Shown: piece by piece, positions 1-9,186 of the stretch
Layout: each line of letters starts with the position of its first letter
Position numbering within the stretch: position 1 is the first letter of the stretch
Assembly (NCBI GenBank): GCA_013215605.1
Contig: JABSQW010000025.1
Coordinates: 3,978 to 67,977, forward strand
Length of the DNA stretch: 64,000 nucleotides
Source of the DNA: Myxococcales bacterium
GTDB lineage: Bacteria; Myxococcota_A; UBA9160; SMWR01
Direction: 5' to 3'
Program-made: the position numbers and the translations under genes
Notes under the pieces: generated by a model
Databases searched by the model: none
What the model was told of the DNA's origin: nothing
Seen by the model: the letters and a program-made list of their open reading frames with translations, nothing else

Positions 1-870
1 AAGCCCGACATCATCTACGTCTCGAACTGCGGCTTCGGCCACACCGGTCCCTACCGAAAGTGGAAGACGTGGGGGCCGATCGTCCAGGCGGTGAGCGGTC
101 TCACGTTCACCTCGGGCCTGCCCGACGAGCCTCCCGCCGGTTGGGGCTACTCGTACATGGACCACACCGGTGGCTACTACATGACCATCGCGATCCTGAT
201 GGCGCTCGTACACAAGAGCCGAACCGGCGAGGGCCAGTGGGTCGACATGTCGTGCACCGAGGCCGGCGCGAGTCTGAACGGCCCCGCCGTGCTCGACTTT
301 ACGGTCAATGGGCGGAAGCTGCGGCGCCCCGGCAGTCCGAACAGCAACCGAAATGAGTGGCCGGCCATGGCGCCCCACGGCATCTATCCGTCGCGCGGCG
401 ACGACCGCTGGATCGCCATCGCGTGCCGCAGCGATGACGAGTGGGCGAAGCTTGCCGGTCTCATCGACCGCGACTGGTCACGGGCTCCGCACCTGGCAGA
501 GCTCGCGGGGCGCCGCGATCACGAGGACGAGCTCGATGCCCTCGTCGCGAGCTTTACCCGCCTGCACGAAGAGTTCGATCTCGCCGAGCGCATTCGCAAG
601 CTCGGCATCCCCGCGACGGCCGTGCAGCGTCCCGGCGAGCGCATCGACGGCGATCCCAACACGTCGGCGTGGGGACTCTGGCCGACCGTGGAGCACTCGG
701 CCATGGGCGAAGTCCGGGTGGACGGTCTGCCCGTGCATCTCTCGAAGACCGACTGGTCGATCGAACGCGGTGCGCCGTGTCTCGGAGAACACAACGACGA
801 AGTGCTCGGCGGCCTGCTCGGAGTATCGGCCTCGGAGCTCGAAGCGCTGCGCGATGAGGGCGTCATCTGA
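1..870 (+). CDS. Family III (CaiB/BaiF-type) CoA-transferase, 3' part of a gene that starts upstream of the window
   Basis: Frame 1 is open from base 1 to TGA 868-870. The translation (..GFGHTGPYRKW..GYSYMDHTGGYYMTIAILMAL..GAPCLGEHNDEVL) has the family III CoA-transferase core, including the conserved Asp (MDHTG). Confidence 0.85.
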   Translation, partial: KPDIIYVSNCGFGHTGPYRKWKTWGPIVQAVSGLTFTSGLPDEPPAGWGYSYMDHTGGYYMTIAILMALVHKSRTGEGQWVDMSCTEAGASLNGPAVLDFTVNGRKLRRPGSPNSNRNEWPAMAPHGIYPSRGDDRWIAIACRSDDEWAKLAGLIDRDWSRAPHLAELAGRRDHEDELDALVASFTRLHEEFDLAERIRKLGIPATAVQRPGERIDGDPNTSAWGLWPTVEHSAMGEVRVDGLPVHLSKTDWSIERGAPCLGEHNDEVLGGLLGVSASELEALRDEGVI

Positions 871-2168
871 TGATCGAACCGGCGCCGGCCGCGCTCGCGG
901 GACTGCGCGTGGTCGAGCTTGCCCACGAACGCATCGCGTTCGCGGGAAAGCTCCTCGCCGACATGGGGGCCTGCGTGATCGTCGTGGAGCCGCCGCGCGG
1001 CGCCGCGGGGCGCTGGCTGCCGCCGTTCGTGAACGACGAGGTCGATCCGGAGCGCAGTCTGAACTGGTGGCACTACAACACGAGCAAGCTTGGGGTCACC
1101 CTGGACATCGACGACGAGCGGGGACGCGACGCCCTGCGGAAACTCGTGGCCACGGCCGATTTCTTCATCGAGTCGGAGGATCCGGGTCGTCTTGCCGCGC
1201 TCTCTCTCGCTCCCGGCGACCTCGAAGAGGTGAAGCCCGATCTCATCACGATCTCGATGACGCCGTTCGGAAGCTCGGGTCCGCGCTGCGACGAGCCTGC
1301 CACCGATCTCACGATCCTGGCCGGCGGCGGTCCCGCCTGGATGTGCGGCTACGACGATCACACGCTTCCGCCCGTCCGCGGCGGCGGGAACCAGGGCTAT
1401 CACACCGGCTGCCACTTCGCCGTGATGTCCGGCCTGACGGCGCTGCTCGTCCGCGACGCCACGGGCGTCGGACAGCACATCGACGTGAACATGCACGCCG
1501 CGGCGAATGTCACGACCGAGGCCGGGAGCTATGCGTGGCTCGTCTCCGGCGACACGATGCAGCGACAGACCGGCCGCCACGCGTCGAGCGGCGCGACCAT
1601 GGAGTCCCAGATTCAGTGCCGGGACGGACGCTACGCGAATACGGGAGTCCCACCGCGACAGCCAAAGGAGTTCGCCGCCGTGGCGGGCTGGGTACGCGCG
1701 CTCGGCCTCGAGGAGGAGTTTCCGGAGGTCTTCCTGCTCGAGATGGGGGGCCAGAGGGAGTTCATCGACCTCACGATGATCGGCAAGGACGAGGAGGTCA
1801 CGGCGATCTTTGGAGCGGGTCGCGACGCGATGAACTTGATCGCTTCGAAACTCCCCGCCTACGAGTTCTTCGCGCAGGGACAAGAGCGCGGCATCCCGCT
1901 CGGCGTCATCTACTCGCCGGAGGAGGTCATGTCGGATCCCCACTTCGAGGATCGTGGCTTTCCGGTGGTGGTCGATCACGAGGAGCTGGGCGAAGTGGTG
2001 TATCCCGGCGCACCGTACAAGTTCGGGGAGACGCCGTGGCGCATTCAACGCCGCGCGCCACGACTGGGCGAGCACAACGCCGTCGTTCTGCGCGACCTCG
2101 GTCTCGACGAGCGCGAGATCGCGGATCTCGCGGGTACCGCGCCGGGCACCGAACCGGCCGCACGCTGA
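870..2168 (+). CDS. Family III CoA-transferase paralogue, possibly a non-catalytic partner subunit
   Basis: ATG 870 overlaps the upstream stop (TGATG). The 432-aa product has LAGLRVVELAH..AGKLLADMGACVIVVEPP and a C-terminal APRLGEHNAVVL. The position aligned to the catalytic Asp reads GYHTG instead of MDHTG. Confidence 0.85.
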   Translation: MIEPAPAALAGLRVVELAHERIAFAGKLLADMGACVIVVEPPRGAAGRWLPPFVNDEVDPERSLNWWHYNTSKLGVTLDIDDERGRDALRKLVATADFFIESEDPGRLAALSLAPGDLEEVKPDLITISMTPFGSSGPRCDEPATDLTILAGGGPAWMCGYDDHTLPPVRGGGNQGYHTGCHFAVMSGLTALLVRDATGVGQHIDVNMHAAANVTTEAGSYAWLVSGDTMQRQTGRHASSGATMESQIQCRDGRYANTGVPPRQPKEFAAVAGWVRALGLEEEFPEVFLLEMGGQREFIDLTMIGKDEEVTAIFGAGRDAMNLIASKLPAYEFFAQGQERGIPLGVIYSPEEVMSDPHFEDRGFPVVVDHEELGEVVYPGAPYKFGETPWRIQRRAPRLGEHNAVVLRDLGLDEREIADLAGTAPGTEPAAR

Positions 2169-2241
2169 CCCGGGTTCCGGAGTACAAAAGGGACTGGCGA
2201 TCCGGGATCCGCTGGTCGATGCTCTCCGCGCGGGGGGCGCG

Positions 2242-3012
2242 GTGGACTACGGCGACTATCTGAAGCTCGATCAACTGCTCGACCTCCAGCGCCCACTCTC
2301 CGATGAGCACGATGAGTCACTGTTCATCGTTACCCACCAGGTCTACGAGCTCTGGTTCAAGCAAATCCTCAACGAGATCGACTACCTGATCGACTGCCTG
2401 GGCCGCGGCGACACGGGCCACAGCCTCGCGACGCTGCGCCGTGTCCTCACGATCCTCAAGGTGCTCGTGATACAGATCGACGTGCTCGAAACGATGTCGC
2501 CCATCGACTTCGAGTCGTTTCGCGATCGCCTCGAGACGAGCAGCGGCCTCGAGTCGCGGCAGTTTCGCGAGGTCGAACTCGTGCTCGGCCTGCGACGCGT
2601 CGGCACCCTCGATCGGTTCGCGCCCGGTAGCGACGCCAGGCGAATCCTCGATGCGCGCCTCGAGGGAGCGACGCTCTGGGACGCCCTCGCGGGCTACCTC
2701 GCGTCACTCGGCTACGCGGTCCCGCAGTCGCTGCTCGATCGCGATCGCAGCGAGCGGCTGCTCCCGAGCAGCGACATGCAGGATCTGCTGCTCGGACTGT
2801 ATCGCCGCGACACGACGCTCACCCAGCTGTGCGAGCGCTTCGTCGATCTCGACGAAGGGCTACAGGAGTGGCGCTATCGCCACGTGAAGATGGTGCAGCG
2901 CACCATCGGCACGCGGCCCGGTACGGGCCGCTCCCCGGGCGTGGCCTACCTGCTCGAGACCCTGTTCGAGCCGGTGTTCCCCGACCTCTGGGCGATTCGC
3001 GAGCGTCTGTGA
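2242..3012 (+). CDS. kynA: Tryptophan 2,3-dioxygenase
   Basis: DYGDYLKLDQLLDLQRPLSDEHDESLFIVTHQVYELWFKQIL and the proximal-His region LQEWRYRHVKMVQRTIGTRPGTG are TDO signatures. The start is uncertain. GTG 2242 is the only canonical in-frame start after the upstream gene's stop, and CTG 2194 is possible. Confidence 0.8.
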   Translation: MDYGDYLKLDQLLDLQRPLSDEHDESLFIVTHQVYELWFKQILNEIDYLIDCLGRGDTGHSLATLRRVLTILKVLVIQIDVLETMSPIDFESFRDRLETSSGLESRQFREVELVLGLRRVGTLDRFAPGSDARRILDARLEGATLWDALAGYLASLGYAVPQSLLDRDRSERLLPSSDMQDLLLGLYRRDTTLTQLCERFVDLDEGLQEWRYRHVKMVQRTIGTRPGTGRSPGVAYLLETLFEPVFPDLWAIRERL

Positions 3013-4223
3013 ACCTCGTTGCGTCCGCCGCCGAGCTGTACACCGACCCCAACGCCATCGCCCGCCACTACACGCGCTTCGACGTCGCTCACCGGCTCCT
3101 GTTCACCGGCCACTCCCACCAGGCGTGGCCCGACTGTGCGTGGGAAGGGCACACTCGCGCGATCGACGCCGCCGCGCGCCTCGTCGACGACAAGTGGGAG
3201 GCGGCGAGCGCCTGCGCCGAGCGAGTGCGGGCGGGCTACGCGCGACTCCTCGGAGACGCGGGCGGCGGCATCGCCCTCGGTGCGAACACCCACGAGCTGC
3301 TCGTTCGCTTCCTCTCCGCGCTGCCGCTTCGCGAACGCCCGCGCATCGTCACCACCGACGGCGAGTTCCACAGTGCGCGCCGACAGCTCGCGCGTCTCGC
3401 CGAGGTGGGGATCGACGTCGACCGGATCGCGCGCGATCCCGCCGAGACTCTGTCGGAGCGACTCGCCGCGGCGGTCGACTCCCGCACGGCGTGCGTCGTG
3501 GTGTCGTGCGTGCTCTACGAGGACGCCCGCATCGTCGAAGGGCTCGCGGGCGTGCTGGACGCGTGTAGCCGAGAGGGCGCCGAGCTGCTCGTCGACGCCT
3601 ATCACGCGCTCAACGTCGTTCCGTTCGACGTTGCGTCGCTCGGCCTCGAAGACGCGTGGGTGACGGGTGGCGGATACAAGTACTGCCAGCTCGGCGAGGG
3701 CAACTGCTTCCTGCGCCTGCCGCCGCACTGCGATCGGCGTCCAGTGGTCACCGGGTGGTTCGCGGAGTTCCAACGGCTCGAGAGCGCGGCCGACGACGGC
3801 GAGGTGTTCTACGCCAGCGGCGCGGATCGCTTCGCGGGCTCCACGTATGACCCCACGAGCCACTACCGCGCGGTGCCGGTATTCGACTTCTTCGCGGTTC
3901 ACGGACTCACACCCGAACTGTTGCGCGAGGTCAGCCTCCACCAGGTCTCGCGGCTCGCGGAGCGCTTCGATGCGCTCGACGCCGATCCGAAGCTCTGTAC
4001 ACGCGACCGCTCGCAGCCGCGATCCGCGTACGGGGGCTTCCTCGCGTTGCGATCACTTCGCGCTGGCGAGCTCCAGACCCTTCTGCGCGAGCGCGGCGTG
4101 CTCACGGACCACCGCGGCGACTGCTTGCGCCTCGGGCCGGCGCCGTATCTGTGCGACGGTCAGATCGACGCCGCCGCCGCGGCGCTCGGTGAGGCGCTCG
4201 CCGCGGTCGCGTCATCGCGTTGA
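3009..4223 (+). CDS. Kynureninase-like class V PLP-dependent enzyme
   Basis: GTG 3009 overlaps the kynA stop (GTGA). LLVDAYHALNVVPF and VTGGGYKYCQLGEGNCFLRLP (PLP-Lys region) resemble kynureninase/class V aminotransferase fold. The gene is adjacent to kynA. Confidence 0.6.
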   Translation: MNLVASAAELYTDPNAIARHYTRFDVAHRLLFTGHSHQAWPDCAWEGHTRAIDAAARLVDDKWEAASACAERVRAGYARLLGDAGGGIALGANTHELLVRFLSALPLRERPRIVTTDGEFHSARRQLARLAEVGIDVDRIARDPAETLSERLAAAVDSRTACVVVSCVLYEDARIVEGLAGVLDACSREGAELLVDAYHALNVVPFDVASLGLEDAWVTGGGYKYCQLGEGNCFLRLPPHCDRRPVVTGWFAEFQRLESAADDGEVFYASGADRFAGSTYDPTSHYRAVPVFDFFAVHGLTPELLREVSLHQVSRLAERFDALDADPKLCTRDRSQPRSAYGGFLALRSLRAGELQTLLRERGVLTDHRGDCLRLGPAPYLCDGQIDAAAAALGEALAAVASSR

Positions 4224-4287
4224 GGGAGAGCTCACCCCGATTGATTCGCGCCTTACCGGTGACGTTCGACTTTCCACACCGATCCGC

Positions 4288-5499
4288 TCAGCGCAGTCTC
4301 AACCCGTCTTCCGAACTCACGATCCGCACGTCGGAGCGCTCCGCGAACGCCGGGAACCGTTTCGAGACCGCCCGGGCTACGCGTTCGCGCGTTGCCTCGG
4401 CGTCACGCGCGTGCACCAGCGCGATCGAACAGCCACCGAAGCCCGCGCCGCTGAAACGGGCACCGCGGACGCCCTCGGTGTTCTCCAGAATCGCCTGGAT
4501 CTCGATCAGCTCCGGGGAGCCCGTCTCGTAGCGCTCGATCGAGCTCCGGCAGGACTCGAACATGAGGGCCCCGAAGGCATCGGTGTCGCCCTCGCGCCAA
4601 CAAGACCAGCCGCGCTCCACGCGTGCCCGCTCGCCGAAGAAGTGCTCGGCGCGGCGTCGCTGTCCTGGGGGGAGCGCGCCGGCGTGTTCTGCGAAGACGT
4701 CATCGGACAGCTCGCCGAGCCCGTGGACGGCACCCTGGCCCGCGAGTTCGCCGAGGCGCGCCGCAGCGGCTCGCGTCTCGGCGACCCGGGCGTTGAAGTT
4801 CGTCTCGGTGAGGTTGCGATCGCGGCCGGAGAAGACCACGAGAAAACGGACGTCCGGTGCAGCTGTTCCCGCGGCCGCCGATTCCCACGAGAGATTCGCG
4901 GTGTCGATGCGCAACAGCTCTCCGCGCTTCGCGGCGGCGATGGTGGCCGGGTCGAGGAAGCCACTCTGCACGCCCACGTAATCGTTTTCGCAGCGGCGCG
5001 AGAGCTCGACGAGGCGGGTGGGAGCGAGCGATCGGTCGTTCGCAGCGGCCATGGCGCTCAAGTAGCAGAGCAGGACCGAAGCGGAGGATGACAACCCGGT
5101 GCTCGGGAGTGCGCCCCAGATCTCTCCGAACAGTCCGCGCGAAGCGTTGGGGAGCTCCGCCCGGAGCGACCACGCCGCCGCCCGCACGTAGCGCCCCCAG
5201 CCGTCGTCGCGGCTGCCGGGCTCGCCAGGATCCCGGAAGTCGAAGCGGACCTCGCCGTCGAAGTTTCGGCTCCACAGCTCGCACGCGGCGTCCGCGCTCG
5301 GCGCGAACGCCAGCACGCTGTACGCGTCGATCGCCATGCCGAGAACCGACCCGCCCTGGTGATCGATATGCGCGCCGAGGGGGCAGATTCGATAGGGAGC
5401 GATCACGGCGCGGACGTCGCCGGCGGGCACTGCGACGCGCTGGGCGAGGCTCGCGCGCAGCGCGCTCAGAACTTCCTCGAGGGCGTCGTCCGGTGTCAC
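4288..5499 (-). CDS. GHMP-family sugar-1-kinase (galactokinase/galacturonokinase-like)
   Basis: IAPYRICPLGAHIDHQGG (GalK signature region), ALPSTGLSSSAS (GHMP ATP motif) and SGAGFGGCSIALV. The start is GTG. Confidence 0.8.
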   Translation of the reverse strand: MTPDDALEEVLSALRASLAQRVAVPAGDVRAVIAPYRICPLGAHIDHQGGSVLGMAIDAYSVLAFAPSADAACELWSRNFDGEVRFDFRDPGEPGSRDDGWGRYVRAAAWSLRAELPNASRGLFGEIWGALPSTGLSSSASVLLCYLSAMAAANDRSLAPTRLVELSRRCENDYVGVQSGFLDPATIAAAKRGELLRIDTANLSWESAAAGTAAPDVRFLVVFSGRDRNLTETNFNARVAETRAAAARLGELAGQGAVHGLGELSDDVFAEHAGALPPGQRRRAEHFFGERARVERGWSCWREGDTDAFGALMFESCRSSIERYETGSPELIEIQAILENTEGVRGARFSGAGFGGCSIALVHARDAEATRERVARAVSKRFPAFAERSDVRIVSSEDGLRLR

Positions 5500-5682
5500 G
5501 GCCGGGCGAGAATACCAGCGCAGCCCTACGCGTCGAGTTCCGCCACCGAGGTCGCGTAGAAGCGATCGCGGAGGGAGTTCACCGCGTCGCAGCGGTCGTC
5601 CATGGGGATCCAGCTGGGCGCGATGTTCGAAGGTTCGAGGAACTTGCGACCCCCCGGCCCCGTCGCCCGGCCGAAGTCCCGA

Positions 5683-7785
5683 TCAGCGGGACAGAACGAC
5701 GCTCCCGTCGGAACCCACCCGGATCTCCGCGATCTCGACGTCGTTCGGCCCCTCCCGGAAGAAGGCCTCAGGGGAGAGGGAGGCGAAGTAGCGGCGGTCT
5801 TGATGCTCGTAGGTACGGAACACCGAAGCCACGCGGCCGTTGAGGATCACCGCGAACTCGCGGTCCTCGGGGATGTCACCCGAGATCGAGCCCGAGATCG
5901 TGGCGGGGACGAACCCGGAGTCCAGGCGAACGCCTGCGAGCAGCGCGCGCTGGTCGATCTGGTAGGCGAGGTCTCCCGAAACGGTCGGGTGCTCCTCGAT
6001 CCGCTCGCCGATCAGCGACGAGTGCTCGAGCCGCCGATGCACGAAGCGGCTGGCGCGATCGAACGAGAACAGGCGCGCCTTCGCCGCGATCGAGTCGGCC
6101 CGCTGCGAAGCGAGGTCGGCGTAGGAGGTCGACGTCCGCCGGCCGGTATCGATGGTTTCGAGCGTCTCGCCGACCGCGCGCGGGCGCGGGTCGAGCAGGC
6201 TGCGTCCGTCGAGCGCGAGTCCCGCGGTTCGTCCCAGCACATCTGCGACGGTGGCTGCGACGTCGAGAAGGCTCACGTGGCTTCGGTCGATCTGGCCCGC
6301 GCGCTGGCCCGGGTACTTGATGAGGAGCGGTACGAACATCACGTCTGCGCGGTTGTGGTCGGTGAGCATCCGCATTCCCTCGGAGACCCGAAAGCTGCGG
6401 CCGTGGTCCGACAGGACGATGAAGAGCGACGCGTCGAAGAGCTGCAGGCGCACGAGCTCGCGCACGATCCGGTCGAGCAACGTGTCGACGAAGCCGACCT
6501 GCAGCAGATGGGCCTGGTGGTGATAGGCCGTTACCTCCGCCGGTTCGTCTCGCACGCGGATTCCCGACGGGAGCTCCTTCTGGCCCGTGCCTCGAATGCT
6601 CGCCTTCCGGGCGTGGACCCGGCCCGACGGCAGCCGCTTGTACGGCGCGTGGGGCAGACCGACGTGGAGGTAGTGGAGCGTCGGCCGTTCGCGGTAGCGC
6701 CCCAGCGACTCGAGAAAGTCTCGCACTCTCGCAGAGCGATTCGAAAACAGGTGCTCCATGAACTCCGAGTTGATCCCGTCGGGATCCACGTCGTCGCGGG
6801 CAATCAGCCCAGCGAAGTCGTTCCAGCGGTTATCGACGCTTGGCAGCGAGTCGCGCAGCTCAGCCGGAAATACCCGGTGGGCGAAGATGACGGCCACGTC
6901 CACGACGAGCGCTCGCAGGTCGACGTCTGGCGTCTCGCACAGCGGCCCGCACATCCGAGTCCCCGCTTCGAAGACATGGAGATCGTGGCTCCCCGCGAGT
7001 CGGGAGAAGAGATTCCGCGGATACTCGGCGGCGGTTGGCGTGGGGGCATCCGCGCGGCGCCCCGTGAGCAGCGCGGGGATCGCGTGGAGGGTCTGGGTCG
7101 CGGGGGTGGTGGCGTTGGCGTACCAGGTCGCCCGCTCGGCGAGCGCGGCGAACGCGGGAAGGCGCGCCGCGTCGAGGTCGCCGGCAGCGTCGAGCAGGGA
7201 GATCAACGGCAACTCGTCGAAGACGATGATGAAGATGTTCGTGGAGGCCCCGGAGCTGGCGACTCCGTCGTCCGTGCCGGCCGCTTGCGGTCCCACCGGC
7301 GTCGATCGCACGATGTCGCCGGCGGGCCACACGAAGAAGAACATCCCGACCCACGCGACGCCGGGAATGCCGAGCGCGGAGAGGAGGCTCTGCGAGAAGC
7401 TCCGGCCCCGCAGCCAGAACGCAGCGACGGCGGCGAGTGCAGCCGCGAGGGGAAGCGCCAGAAGCGCCGGGGCATCGGCCAGGCCCTGGCTCGCGAGCAG
7501 GAACAACAAGCCGCCGATGAAGGTCGTGTGGACCCGAGCGCCCCACGGCTCGCCGGCGCGGAAGCTCGCCCATGAGACCAGCGCCAACAGGAGGGGAAGC
7601 CCCACCGCAACGGCGCCCGCGAAGGCGAACAGGCCCGGCGCCTCCAACCCGTGGGCGACGAAGAACTCCGGGGCGTTGCCCGTCGCTTCGAGAATCGGCA
7701 GCGCGAACACGAGGGCACCGAGACCGAAGTACTGCAGGAGCAGCGCCGGCAGGGTCGGCGCCGGTTTTCTGGTGGTTAGAGCCAA
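5683..7785 (-). CDS. Membrane-anchored sulfatase / alkaline-phosphatase-superfamily protein (LtaS/phosphotransferase-like)
   Basis: About 170 aa of hydrophobic helices are followed by NIFIIVFDELP and LFIVLSDHGRSF, motifs of sulfatase-fold enzymes. The start is TTG at 7785. Confidence 0.65.
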   Translation of the reverse strand: MALTTRKPAPTLPALLLQYFGLGALVFALPILEATGNAPEFFVAHGLEAPGLFAFAGAVAVGLPLLLALVSWASFRAGEPWGARVHTTFIGGLLFLLASQGLADAPALLALPLAAALAAVAAFWLRGRSFSQSLLSALGIPGVAWVGMFFFVWPAGDIVRSTPVGPQAAGTDDGVASSGASTNIFIIVFDELPLISLLDAAGDLDAARLPAFAALAERATWYANATTPATQTLHAIPALLTGRRADAPTPTAAEYPRNLFSRLAGSHDLHVFEAGTRMCGPLCETPDVDLRALVVDVAVIFAHRVFPAELRDSLPSVDNRWNDFAGLIARDDVDPDGINSEFMEHLFSNRSARVRDFLESLGRYRERPTLHYLHVGLPHAPYKRLPSGRVHARKASIRGTGQKELPSGIRVRDEPAEVTAYHHQAHLLQVGFVDTLLDRIVRELVRLQLFDASLFIVLSDHGRSFRVSEGMRMLTDHNRADVMFVPLLIKYPGQRAGQIDRSHVSLLDVAATVADVLGRTAGLALDGRSLLDPRPRAVGETLETIDTGRRTSTSYADLASQRADSIAAKARLFSFDRASRFVHRRLEHSSLIGERIEEHPTVSGDLAYQIDQRALLAGVRLDSGFVPATISGSISGDIPEDREFAVILNGRVASVFRTYEHQDRRYFASLSPEAFFREGPNDVEIAEIRVGSDGSVVLSR

Positions 7786-7956
7786 GGGTCAGCGCATCCC
7801 GGCCATCGGACCGGCAAGGGTATCGGGTTCGGGCGCGGATCCAAATACGAAGGGTCCGCGGTCCCTCAGCACTCGAGCCTTCTGCGATAATCACGCAGCT
7901 CACGCACGAAACCCGTCCCGCCATCGAACCGCGGCACCTCGAGGACTGAACGCACC

Positions 7957-9174
7957 GTGTCCGATTCCAAGATCGACGCCGACTTCGCCTTCGACGCGAT
8001 GGACACCTCACGCACGAAGGATCACGAGCTGCTGGCCCGGATCCGCCGCGAGAAACCGGTCTGTCGCCCCGCAGACGGGGTGGTCTTCACGTCGCGCTAC
8101 CACGACACCGCCGACGGTTTTCGCGACGCGAAGCGCTACTCGTCGGTGGGTGACATGCGCGCACCCGGCGTCGTCGTCGCGGAAGAGGAGAGATTCCTCG
8201 GAGAGCTCGACGCGCCGCTCCATCCGAAGATCCGCCGCGTCCTGCTGAAGGGGTTCACGCGACGCCGCGCCGCGGACGTCGAGCCGTGGACCCGCGCGAA
8301 GGTGCGCCGCCGTTTCGAAGCGATCGCTGCTGCCGGCGGTGGAGATCTCATGCGGGACCTGTCGATTCCGCTGCCGGGCTCGATCTCCGCTCGCGTTCTC
8401 GGAATTCCCGACGAGCTTCACGACGACGTCATGACCTGGTGCAACGAACTCCTGCACAGCACCTGGCCCGCTACGGGAAAGACCGAGAAGGGCGACGGGA
8501 TCGCGACTGCGTTTCCCGAGCTGGCCGGAACGATCGATGCACTGATCGGCGCACGACAGGCGGCCGGCGCCGACGCGCCGGACGATCTGCTCGCGCTGAT
8601 GGTCCGGGCCGAAGACGGCGACGGCTGGTGCATCTCCCCCGACCATATCCGAACGCTCACCGTCAACATCCTCTCCGGTTCGCTCTCGGCGAGCTACATG
8701 CTCGGCAATCTCCTCTACCGGCTGATCACGGACGACGGCTTCGCGAACGCACTGCGCGAGAACCGCGAGTTGATCCCGAACGCGGTGGAGGAGTCGCTGC
8801 GCTTCGAGGCGCCGGTGACCTTCCTGTTCCGCACGGCGCGTGAAGACGGCGACATCGGCGGCTGCCCGGTGCACCGGGGCGAGCACGTCATGCTCGGTAT
8901 CGCCTCGGCGAACCGCGACGAGACCTTCTACGAGAACGCGGGCGAGTTCGTTCTCGATCGCCCAGTCGATACGCCGAATCTCGCTTTCGGCATTGGCCCA
9001 CACATCTGCCTCGGCAACCACCTGACGCGGATGGTGGGAAAGGTCGTGCTCGAGGAGGCCCTCGACCGCTTCGCCCCCGGCACTCTGCGGCTCGCCGACG
9101 GCTTCGTGTGGGAGTGCGTGGACCACATCCAGGAGTTCGGGCCCGAGACCCTTTCCGTCGTGGTCGACGCCTGA
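7957..9174 (+). CDS. Cytochrome P450
   Basis: Heme-thiolate loop FGIGPHICLGNHL and ExxR (EESLRF). 405 aa with a GTG start. Confidence 0.9.
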   Translation: MSDSKIDADFAFDAMDTSRTKDHELLARIRREKPVCRPADGVVFTSRYHDTADGFRDAKRYSSVGDMRAPGVVVAEEERFLGELDAPLHPKIRRVLLKGFTRRRAADVEPWTRAKVRRRFEAIAAAGGGDLMRDLSIPLPGSISARVLGIPDELHDDVMTWCNELLHSTWPATGKTEKGDGIATAFPELAGTIDALIGARQAAGADAPDDLLALMVRAEDGDGWCISPDHIRTLTVNILSGSLSASYMLGNLLYRLITDDGFANALRENRELIPNAVEESLRFEAPVTFLFRTAREDGDIGGCPVHRGEHVMLGIASANRDETFYENAGEFVLDRPVDTPNLAFGIGPHICLGNHLTRMVGKVVLEEALDRFAPGTLRLADGFVWECVDHIQEFGPETLSVVVDA

Positions 9175-9186
9175 CCGCGAGCCCGC

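Noticed and set aside
308-2263. Very long ORFs in alternative or antisense frames. Examples: 308-2263 +, 519-2075 -, 5602-7575 +, 11897-13810 -, 14744-16447 -, 35433-37217 +, 41933-43837 -, 54630-55889 -, 58779-60215 + and 63040-63984 -.
   Set aside because: Their translations are Arg/Pro/Ala/Gly-rich low-complexity strings with no family motifs. Each overlaps a gene with clear motifs in another frame. These are the typical shadow ORFs of stop-poor high-GC DNA.
5628-5645. GGTTCGAGG strings (here and at about 35644) reminiscent of tRNA T-arms.
   Set aside because: There is no acceptor, D or anticodon arm context and no GGTTCGAATCC-type loop. I recognised no tRNA anywhere in the window.
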